From Bacteroidales bacterium (GTDB lineage: Bacteria > Bacteroidota > Bacteroidia > Bacteroidales > P3), in assembly GCA_034178965.1 (NCBI GenBank), contig JAXFQM010000019.1, forward strand, positions 1 through 43,056: a stretch of DNA of 43,056 nt, in the 5' to 3' direction. Position numbers and translations under genes: made by a program. This document shows positions 1-7,706 of the stretch, piece after piece. The notes below the pieces were generated by a model. That model was given only the letters and a program-made list of their open reading frames with translations. It was not told the origin of the DNA and made no database searches. Each line of letters opens with the position of its first letter. Positions within the stretch are counted from its first letter, which is position 1.

Positions 1-377
1 AGGCTGGGGGGCATGATGAAGAGGGCCAGCGCGTCGTGCCCGAAGTGGCGTTTCAGGTTCATGCCTCCCTTCACGTCCACATCGAACAAGATAATGTGTC
101 CCTTTTCCCAAATGCGCGTCAGTTCGCTTTTCAGGGTGCCGTAGCAAAGCCCCTCATACACCTCCTCCCATTCCAAGAACTCGTCGTTGTTTACGCGTTT
201 CATGAATTCGTCGCGCGAAAGGTAATAATAGTCCACGCCGTCTCGTTCCGTTCCGCGCGGTGCGCGGCTGGTGGCGGATATGGAGAACTCGAAACAGTCG
301 AAACTCTTCAGTATTTCGCGTATGATGGTGGTTTTACCGGAGCCCGATGGGGCGGAGAACAATATGGCTTTCTTCAT
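1..377 (-). CDS. gmk: guanylate kinase, 5' part only (C-terminus cut by window edge)
   Basis: Hand translation of the minus strand from ATG (rc of 375..377) gives MKKAILFSAPSGSGKTTIIREIL...ATSRAPRGTERDGVDYYYLSRDEF...EWEEVYEGLCYGT. It has the P-loop GSGKTT and the guanylate-kinase signature TSR.PR..E..G.DY.F. It is absent from the ORF track because it runs off the window. Confidence 0.85.
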   Translation of the reverse strand, partial: MKKAILFSAPSGSGKTTIIREILKSFDCFEFSISATSRAPRGTERDGVDYYYLSRDEFMKRVNNDEFLEWEEVYEGLCYGTLKSELTRIWEKGHIILFDVDVKGGMNLKRHFGHDALALFIMPPS

Positions 378-425
378 GAAAATATTATGCTTGGTGTCTG
401 GGGGCTGTCCGGCCCTCCTCGCCAG

Positions 426-1361
426 TTAGAACTTTCTGTCGAAGATGGCTTGGAATGTTTTCACTGCCAGGCTTTCCTCGTCCCAATGGTATTGCTGCGC
501 CACCTCTTTCACATAGGCTAAGGCGCTTTCGCGCTCCTCCAAGGCGTTGAGGCGGAGGATGAAATCGTTGTATGCGCGCATGTTGTTGTGGAACAGTTCA
601 CTCATAAAACTGAACTTGTCATTGATATTGATGATGGTGCGCAAATCGGCCACCTTGCTCTTTTTGGTATGCGTCTCTTGTTCCTCCGTTGCATGGTGCA
701 CAGTATGCGAGAGGCTTTCCCCAAGAGCCTTGGGCGCTACGGCCGCCTTCACAGCGGTGTCGTCGGCCACGCGGCTTTGGTTCAGCAGGTCAAACAAGGA
801 CGGCTCTTTCGATTGGGGTGCAGGGGCCGGTTTGGACTTGAGTTTGGGCGCCGTCTCCTTCTTGGGTTGCGGCGCGAGAGCGGGTGCAACCTCGTCCTGA
901 GGCTGTGGCACGGGAGCGGGTGCAACCTCTGCCTTGGGTTGCGGCACTGGTTCCTCAAAAAGTTCGGCATAAGGCGCACCTTCCGTCTCCTCCAGGGAGG
1001 GCTGCGCATAGGCTGGCACGGTCTCTTCTTCGGCGTAGGCAAACTCGGGTTCAGGCCTGTTAGCCTCGGCATAGGCACGGCAGGTCTGTGCCACATAGCC
1101 ATCCAAAATCCTGTCGTCCGTCCGTTCGGGCAGCGGGCTGCCGACGGTTTGCTCCGTGTGCAGAAACTGCACGAATACGTCGGGCGCGGGATTGGAGACC
1201 ATCACGGGCAACGCCATGGCTTGGGCATACGCCTCCCGCAGCGTCGCCATCAGCAAATCTCGCTCTATCGCGGCCGTGCGGCCGCCGTTTTCGGCAATGC
1301 CGTCCGCCATCGTCATGGCGCGTTTCAGGGCTTCTACCAGGGGAACACACGCTTTTTCCAT
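426..1361 (-). CDS. hypothetical protein with a Pro/Ala/Glu-rich low-complexity linker and a conserved-looking C-terminal domain
   Basis: 311-aa ORF, same strand and 48 nt upstream of gmk. The central PQPK-EVAPA repeats are flanked by globular-looking ends (C-terminal ...DLRTIININDKFSFMSELFHNNMRAYNDFILRLN...). A TAnnTTTG promoter box lies about 80 nt upstream. No family recognised. Confidence 0.65.
   Translation of the reverse strand: MEKACVPLVEALKRAMTMADGIAENGGRTAAIERDLLMATLREAYAQAMALPVMVSNPAPDVFVQFLHTEQTVGSPLPERTDDRILDGYVAQTCRAYAEANRPEPEFAYAEEETVPAYAQPSLEETEGAPYAELFEEPVPQPKAEVAPAPVPQPQDEVAPALAPQPKKETAPKLKSKPAPAPQSKEPSLFDLLNQSRVADDTAVKAAVAPKALGESLSHTVHHATEEQETHTKKSKVADLRTIININDKFSFMSELFHNNMRAYNDFILRLNALEERESALAYVKEVAQQYHWDEESLAVKTFQAIFDRKF
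861..950. repeat. imperfect ~36-nt tandem coding repeat
   Basis: agcgggtgcaacctc occurs at 879 and 915. cttgggttgcggc occurs at 861 and 933. The repeat encodes the (P)QPK/Q-EVAPA units of the 426..1361 protein. Confidence 0.5.
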
Positions 1362-1441
1362 CTTGCTTAATTGCTCTTCTTTTTATATAACTTATTATAT
1401 TATTAACGATTGGATATTCCGAGCATGGCGGAACGAATAGG

Positions 1442-1449
1442 CAAAGATA
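1442..1449 (-). promoter_or_regulatory. Bacteroidetes sigma-A -7 box (TAtcTTTG on minus strand)
   Basis: Plus strand caaagata is TATCTTTG on the minus strand and matches the TAnnTTTG consensus. It lies about 80 nt upstream of the ATG at 1361. It is embedded in the recurring context gcaaagatacgattttttt. Confidence 0.5.
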
Positions 1450-1636
1450 CGATTTTTTTCTCACATGTTGGAAACTTTCTTCACCCTCCGCTGGTTTGTT
1501 GGCTTCACATCGACATTCACCCCACTTTCTGCAAAGACCTGCAAGACGCCAGCCAGGGGGCTACCAACGATGCGCCTGCCACACAACCCCCAAAACACGG
1601 AAAAGGCAGACCCGAGTGGTGGCAACCCAGCGGCTT

Positions 1637-1714
1637 GCCAGCACCGTGGCAGCACCGTGACGGCACCACAGTGCGGCCATAGTGCTGCCACGGCGCTGGC
1701 AGGGCGCTGGTAGG
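1637..1714. repeat. GC-rich 11-nt-phased dyad repeat (19-bp imperfect inverted repeat plus tandem 11-mers)
   Basis: GCACC starts at 1641, 1652 and 1663. G(T/C)GC starts at 1671, 1682, 1693 and 1704, all at 11-nt spacing. Arm 1637..1655 (gccagcaccgtggcagcac) is the reverse complement of 1682..1700 with one mismatch. It sits in the divergent intergenic region about 100 nt upstream of the first T9SS gene. Confidence 0.7.
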
Positions 1715-1802
1715 GGAAAAGATATCGTTGGGCAGCCCGAGAAAAAAAACGGCTTCGGCTGCAACGTTTCGTGCGCGAGACGTGTCTTACCAACAATAAA
1801 CA

Positions 1803-4574
1803 ATGAAAAAAATGTATACCATAAAACACATCCCCACCCTTGTCGCAGCAACGGTGTTGTTGGCCGCCGCCTTCCACGCGGCGGCGCAGGGCAACCCCTA
1901 CTGCCCGGGGCTGAAGAACCCAACGAACTTTAACACGTTCAACGCCTATTCTGGTGCCTCGGGGGAAAAAATAGTTCAAGCCCCCAATCCCGCCAACCCC
2001 TCCGCAATAGGCATCACCTTTAACGCAACGTATAACAATACGCAGTTGGCAGACGCCCTCTCCAACGCCACCTCCGACAACTGCGCTCCGGGCGTGCCGA
2101 ATCCCAACAAGCATTTTCGCATCATGGCCGCCAGCGAGGGCACAGGATACGACAAGAACGTTGGGGGCACCTTGCTGCCCTATGTGCCCAACAGCACTTT
2201 CACCCACTCCATCCGCGTGGGCAACTGCTACACCCAAAAGGAAGCCGAAGCACTCTACTACACGATGGACGTAGGTTTCAACAACGCGCTACTGTACCTG
2301 TACTTCGCGCCCGTCATTGAGGCGCCAGGGCACGGAATGGCCGAGGACCCCACCTTCATCATACGCGTGGCAGTGCAAAACCCCATCTCCCAAGCGTGGG
2401 AATACAACGTAATACACGGTGACAGTTCGTGCTACATGATACCCAGCACCAACGCGCAAAACAACGTAAACCACTGGCACCAAGTAGGGTCTGGCTATAA
2501 CGCACTATTCTACCGCGACTGGCAGATGGCTTCCTTGAGCCTGCTTGACTACATAGGGCAGAAAATACGCATTGAGGTGATGATTGCCGACTGCTCGCAG
2601 TCGGGACACTACGGCTACACCTATTTCGCCGGCAACTGCAGCCGCATGGCCATCACGGTGAACGGATGCGCCAACGGTGGCACCGACACGGTGGCACTTG
2701 CCGCGGCGCCAAAAGGCATGAACTCCTATCAATGGTACAGAAGCAAGGAGGGCGTCATCACCAACACGGACCTCTCCAATTACATCCTCATCCCCAACGC
2801 CAACGACAGCGTACTGGCCGTTCGCAGCGATGACTTCATCTCCGTCACCGACCAAGACACCATGCAGCAAAACACCTTCCTGTGCAAGCTAACCACCTAC
2901 ATGGACCCCAGCAAGCCGCTCACCTCCGTGATTACCACCACTGTGAACAACATGAAGCCCACCATCTACGTGGATTCCTCGTTTGAATGCAACAACGTTG
3001 TCACCCTGGTGGACCGCAGCAAGGTTATCTACAATGCCAACGATGAAATAAACAATGTGGACACCTCACAAACCACATGGCAATTCTTCGACTCCGACTG
3101 GCCAGCGGGCGCCCCCGCGCACACCGCCACCGGAGGCACAGCGCAATACCAGTTTGGCATCTCTGGCGTGCACAGCGCCGTCATACGCACCAAAACCTTC
3201 GCCACGTCGCCCGAATGCTGGGCCACAGACACTGTGAAGATACGCTCCTTCTCGCCCGTGAAGCCACAAATAGCCCTCAGTGACCAAAACATATGCGCTG
3301 GCGACAGTGTGCAAATAGTAGACCGCACGCCTGGCGCCATCTATCACCGCTGGGTACTCATGAAAAACAACGTCGTAACACTCGACACCGTGACGGCCAC
3401 GGCCGTGCTCACCATGCGCCCCTACGACACGGTGACACAAGTAACGCTGTATTCGCACAACGCCGTAGTGTTCTACAACGACACCAACCTCGACGGCATA
3501 GAAGACGCCATTTATTGCATTGGGCGTACGGACACCGTCATCAACGTGCAGCAGTACCCAAAGATAGTCATTACTGGCGACAACGTCATCTGCAAAGGCC
3601 AAATGACCAACGTCCTGGCATCATGCTCCAATGTGGCGGGCTGCACCTTCGCCTGGTACGAAGTGAAAGGGGGACAGACCGTCGTTGCCGACGGGCCCTC
3701 GCTCCGCATCTCGCTTGACGCCACCCATGACAAGACTTTTTGGGTGAAGGCCACCTCCCCATTTGGCTGCGTGGCATGGGACAGCGTGACGCTGATGTTG
3801 GTGGACCCCAAACTTTCGGTGGACAAGCCCAGCATCTGCGTGGGCGACACCGTGACACTCACCGCCTCGCACGCTGCCACGTATGAATGGAGCTGCAACC
3901 CCAACGACGATGCCTCGTTCTGGGGGCAGGAAAACAACGCCGTGGTAGTGGTTTCGCCCAAACACAGCACCACCTATACCCTCGTGGGAAAAGGCAGCAA
4001 TGGCTGCGGAGCCACCGAACTGACGCAGAAAATTACCGTGTACGACTACCCCATCCCCACCGTGGGGCTTACGCCAGGCTTCATCGACAGCGAGAACCCG
4101 TCAGTGCAGTTCAACGACCTTTCGCCCAACGGCACCCATTCGCTGTGGAACTTCGGCAACGGAGAAACCAGCACTATACGGTCGGTGGTGCACACCTTCA
4201 AAAACCTCGACGAAGACAGCATCCTCATCTCACTACGGAGCTGCAACCCCTTGGGATGCTGCAACGACACCTCTTTCTACGTCCTCGTGGGTAACTTCTC
4301 GGTGTGGTATCCCAACGCTTTCACACCGCGCCTGGAAAGCAACAACACTTTCCACGTGCACACCAACAACAAATTGGTGGACTACGAACTATACATCTAC
4401 AACCGCCGCGGCGCACTGGTGTTCCACAGCGTTGACCCCGCCGAAGGTTGGGACGGCACCTACGAAGGGAAACCCTGCCCACAAGGCAGTTACGTATGGA
4501 TTTCCACCTTCAAACGCGACGACGGGAGTTCGCGCGTATTGAGCAGAAAGGGCACTGTGACGCTGTTGAGATAG
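1803..4574 (+). CDS. T9SS type-B sorting-domain (gliding-motility-associated C-terminal domain) surface protein with Ig-like repeats and a PKD-like domain
   Basis: 923 aa. The signal peptide is MKKMYTIKHIPTLVAATVLLAAAFHAAAQG. The PKD-like segment is ...VQFNDLSPNGTHSLWNFGNGETS.... The C-terminus YPNAFTPRLESNNTFHV...YELYIYNRRGALVFHS...GWDGTYEGKPCPQGSYVW...GTVTLLR matches the CHU_C/TIGR04131-type CTD pattern (PNAFTP..., IYNRWG, WDG, G.Y.Y, G.VTL.R). Confidence 0.85.
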   Translation: MKKMYTIKHIPTLVAATVLLAAAFHAAAQGNPYCPGLKNPTNFNTFNAYSGASGEKIVQAPNPANPSAIGITFNATYNNTQLADALSNATSDNCAPGVPNPNKHFRIMAASEGTGYDKNVGGTLLPYVPNSTFTHSIRVGNCYTQKEAEALYYTMDVGFNNALLYLYFAPVIEAPGHGMAEDPTFIIRVAVQNPISQAWEYNVIHGDSSCYMIPSTNAQNNVNHWHQVGSGYNALFYRDWQMASLSLLDYIGQKIRIEVMIADCSQSGHYGYTYFAGNCSRMAITVNGCANGGTDTVALAAAPKGMNSYQWYRSKEGVITNTDLSNYILIPNANDSVLAVRSDDFISVTDQDTMQQNTFLCKLTTYMDPSKPLTSVITTTVNNMKPTIYVDSSFECNNVVTLVDRSKVIYNANDEINNVDTSQTTWQFFDSDWPAGAPAHTATGGTAQYQFGISGVHSAVIRTKTFATSPECWATDTVKIRSFSPVKPQIALSDQNICAGDSVQIVDRTPGAIYHRWVLMKNNVVTLDTVTATAVLTMRPYDTVTQVTLYSHNAVVFYNDTNLDGIEDAIYCIGRTDTVINVQQYPKIVITGDNVICKGQMTNVLASCSNVAGCTFAWYEVKGGQTVVADGPSLRISLDATHDKTFWVKATSPFGCVAWDSVTLMLVDPKLSVDKPSICVGDTVTLTASHAATYEWSCNPNDDASFWGQENNAVVVVSPKHSTTYTLVGKGSNGCGATELTQKITVYDYPIPTVGLTPGFIDSENPSVQFNDLSPNGTHSLWNFGNGETSTIRSVVHTFKNLDEDSILISLRSCNPLGCCNDTSFYVLVGNFSVWYPNAFTPRLESNNTFHVHTNNKLVDYELYIYNRRGALVFHSVDPAEGWDGTYEGKPCPQGSYVWISTFKRDDGSSRVLSRKGTVTLLR

Positions 4575-4639
4575 GGAGAGATTGTGCGAAGCAACAAAGA
4601 AGAAACATCACATCAAACCAAAATAGAACTTTCACTTTT

Positions 4640-7444
4640 ATGAAAAAATACACCCTCCTGTTGTTTGCCTCCCTGCTGACAGCCCCTGCCTTCCACGCGG
4701 CGGCGCAAAGCAACCCTTACTGCGCGGGCCTGAACAACCCCATCAATTTTGGGCTATACACCAACCCAAGCACGGGAAGATATAGCGGGAAAATAGGCAC
4801 CAAACAAAAAGCCACCAGCACGTGGAACAACCTGACGATGACATTCAACAACAATTACTCCGCCGGCCAACTGGCCGACCAGTCATCGGGCTCGAGTTGC
4901 AACGGCACATCGCTGCCCTACCACATGAAAAATTTCGTCATCAACGGCGCGGGTTTCGACCCCCTTACCAGCAACAACCTGCCCTTTTTGCCCGACTCCT
5001 CCTTCTCCCATTCCATTCGCATTGGCAATGGGTGCGGCGGCACGGAGGCAGTGCAACTGTGCTACGACTTCAACGTAACGGCAGACAACGCGCTGGTGAA
5101 AATCCACTTTGCCATGTCGCTGGAAAACGCACTGCACTCAGCAAGCGAACATGCAAACCCTGAATTCTGCATACGTGTGCTCAAACAAAACAGTAGCGGA
5201 GTCTATGTTCCCATTAGCGACACGCTGTCCTACATAACGCAAAGCCCCAACAGCAACGCCGAAGTAGGACCCACGCAAATCTTTCGCAACGGTGGAAACA
5301 CGGGAGGAGCTGGAAACGTGTACAAACCCTGGTCCCTGGTGGTGGTGAACCTGATTAACTACGTTTACCAAAATGTGCGCATTGAGGTAAGCACGGGCGA
5401 CTGCGGCTATGTTGCGCACTATGGATACGGCTATTTGGCAGGAAACTGCGAGCCTGTGAAACTGACCGCATCGGGGTGCGCTTCGGGCGCCTCCGACACC
5501 ATCGCCGTCATCAGCGCCCCCTCCAGCCTTAAATCCTACCAATGGTACATGCACAATACAGGCGTTACCACGCCCGGAGACCTCGACTTGAACAACTACA
5601 CCATCATGACGGGGGACACGAACAAGGACTTGTATTTGCGCAGTGCCGACTTCGTTCGCACAAACACAGGCGGCACGTCCGACACCCTCGGGCAGCGCAC
5701 CTTCCTATGCCGCATGGTGTCGTTCATGAACCCCCAATACCCAGTGGTGACAATGCTAACAACAACCGTGGGCAATCTAAAGCCCACCCTGTACGTAGAC
5801 TCCACCTTCAGTTGTGACGGCACTGTCTCCCTTACAGACCGCAGCATCGTGCTTTTCAACGCAGGCAACGACAGCAACAATGTGGACACCTCCAGCACCA
5901 GGTGGAAGTTTTATTCCACCTCAGAACCCACCGACGCCAGCCTTTTGGACTCCATTACCGGCGGCACCGGCTCTTACCGATTTGACACCCCTGGCCCCCA
6001 CAGCGTGGTGGTGCGCACCCGCTCTTACAACGTCAACAAGCCGTGCTGGAACGAAAAGACCATACACATCCGCTCGCTGCTGGCCCCGACGCCGCAAATC
6101 ACATTCGAGAACATGCCCGCAGGACACACCGCCTACTGCCTGGGCGACACGGTATCCATCCTGGACATGAGCATGAACCCCTGCAACGAAATACAGCGCA
6201 CTTCCTACCGGATATATGCCATCCACAAAGCAAACGGCGTGATAGACACGGTGGAGAAGACGGGACCCGCCATTGGCAACGCGAGGTACAGATTTATTTG
6301 CGACACCACGCACACACGAGTGGAAATGTGGACACGCACCAACGATTTCACCATGCGCGACACCAACAACGACGGCACGGACGACAGAGTGTATTGCTAC
6401 GCCTACCTTGACACCGTGGTGCCCGCTGAAAAATACCCCACCCTTACCGTGCTGGGCGACACCATAGTGTGCAACGGCAACAACAGCGAAGTGAGCGTGC
6501 TAAGCGACGTGCAGGGATGCTCTTTCACCTGGTACAGGCAAATGAACGGCGCCTCGCCCATTAGCACTGTGGCGAATTACAGCGAACCCAACGTCACCTC
6601 CCCAAAGAAATACTACGTGAAAGCCACCTCGCCACGCGCCGGATGCGTCACCTGGGACAGCATCGACATCCAGTTGGTGAAACCCACCCTGGATGCGCCT
6701 ATCACCGAAATGTGTACCGACGAACAGGTTACGCTCTATGCGGGTGGCGCCTCCTCCTACACATGGACGGCCATGCCCGACGACCTCTCTTTGGCTGGGC
6801 AAGAAGACAAAGACACCATCAGCGTATCGCCGAGGCAAACCACCACCTACACCCTCGTGGGACACGGCAGCAACGGCTGCAACGCCAATCCCCTTTCCAT
6901 CCAAGTGAAGGTGTTCCCCTACCCCGTGCCGGCATTCACGCTAACGCCAGGCTTCATCGACTCGGAAAAACCCACCGTTCAATTCAACGACCAGTCGGCA
7001 TTCGGCGTCACCACGCTGTGGAACTTCGGCAACGGCATCACCAGCACACAGCGCACGGTAAGCCACACATTCTCCGACATTAGCCAAGACAGCCTTCTGG
7101 TGAGCCTCACCAGCGGCAACGAACTGGGCTGCAAAAGCGACACTTCTTTCTACCTGCAAGTAGACCTCTTTGCCGTATGGTTCCCCAATACCATCACCCC
7201 CACCCTCAATTCCAACAAGGAGTTCCGCGTGTTCACACAAAACAAACTACAATTCTACAGCCTATACATCTACGACCGCCGCGGACAACTGGTGTTCCAC
7301 AGCACCGACCAAAACGAGGCATGGGACGGATTTTACAAAGGCCTGTTGTGCAGCCAAGGCGCATATGTCTACGTGTGCAACTACCGACGCGACGGCACCT
7401 ACGAAATCACCACCCGTAAGGGCACTTTCCTCTTGCTGCAATAA
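4640..7444 (+). CDS. T9SS type-B sorting-domain surface protein, paralog of the upstream gene
   Basis: I place the start at the internal ATG 4640 (MKKYTLLLFASLLTAPAFHAAAQSNPYC...). This gives a signal peptide collinear with the upstream paralog. The track's 4448 start would overlap that gene. The architecture is the same, and the C-terminus is FPNTITPTLNSNKEFRV...YSLYIYDRRGQLVFHS...AWDGFYKG..CSQGAYVYV...GTFLLLQ. Confidence 0.85.
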   Translation: MKKYTLLLFASLLTAPAFHAAAQSNPYCAGLNNPINFGLYTNPSTGRYSGKIGTKQKATSTWNNLTMTFNNNYSAGQLADQSSGSSCNGTSLPYHMKNFVINGAGFDPLTSNNLPFLPDSSFSHSIRIGNGCGGTEAVQLCYDFNVTADNALVKIHFAMSLENALHSASEHANPEFCIRVLKQNSSGVYVPISDTLSYITQSPNSNAEVGPTQIFRNGGNTGGAGNVYKPWSLVVVNLINYVYQNVRIEVSTGDCGYVAHYGYGYLAGNCEPVKLTASGCASGASDTIAVISAPSSLKSYQWYMHNTGVTTPGDLDLNNYTIMTGDTNKDLYLRSADFVRTNTGGTSDTLGQRTFLCRMVSFMNPQYPVVTMLTTTVGNLKPTLYVDSTFSCDGTVSLTDRSIVLFNAGNDSNNVDTSSTRWKFYSTSEPTDASLLDSITGGTGSYRFDTPGPHSVVVRTRSYNVNKPCWNEKTIHIRSLLAPTPQITFENMPAGHTAYCLGDTVSILDMSMNPCNEIQRTSYRIYAIHKANGVIDTVEKTGPAIGNARYRFICDTTHTRVEMWTRTNDFTMRDTNNDGTDDRVYCYAYLDTVVPAEKYPTLTVLGDTIVCNGNNSEVSVLSDVQGCSFTWYRQMNGASPISTVANYSEPNVTSPKKYYVKATSPRAGCVTWDSIDIQLVKPTLDAPITEMCTDEQVTLYAGGASSYTWTAMPDDLSLAGQEDKDTISVSPRQTTTYTLVGHGSNGCNANPLSIQVKVFPYPVPAFTLTPGFIDSEKPTVQFNDQSAFGVTTLWNFGNGITSTQRTVSHTFSDISQDSLLVSLTSGNELGCKSDTSFYLQVDLFAVWFPNTITPTLNSNKEFRVFTQNKLQFYSLYIYDRRGQLVFHSTDQNEAWDGFYKGLLCSQGAYVYVCNYRRDGTYEITTRKGTFLLLQ

Positions 7445-7472
7445 CCGTACAAGGATTTAGAGGCGTTTAATC

Positions 7473-7525
7473 GGTGAACAGTTGGGCCTTCCTCATCAAG
7501 CAACTCAACTGTTCACCTGTTTTTC
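7473..7525 (+). terminator. candidate intrinsic terminator after the T9SS gene pair
   Basis: A perfect 12-bp stem joins ggtgaacagttg (7473..7484) and caactgttcacc (7506..7517). It is followed by tgtttttc and starts 29 nt after the stop at 7444. Confidence 0.55.
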
Positions 7526-7706
7526 AAGACAACGGCGTTCGGGCCAAATCCCTGCTGAAGCTTCCCCGCCTCTGCAAGGGTGCCCGTCACAAAGGTCCCC
7601 TTCGCACCGTCTCCGGTTGGGTAAGAGCCAGGGGAACGCGCTGGCGCCCACACGCAGGCCACGCACATGATTATTCGCTAATGCCACACTCCATCCGTAC
7701 ACAAAG

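Noticed and set aside
36-521. 161-aa plus-strand ORF at the window start
   Set aside because: It lies antisense to a clear guanylate kinase reading frame (P-loop and GK signature on the minus strand) and has no recognisable motifs. It is a typical GC-rich shadow ORF.
4448-4639. Longer N-terminal extension of the second T9SS gene (track start 4448)
   Set aside because: It would overlap the last 127 nt of the upstream paralog and place an Arg-rich stretch before the signal peptide. The internal ATG at 4640 gives a signal peptide collinear with the paralog.
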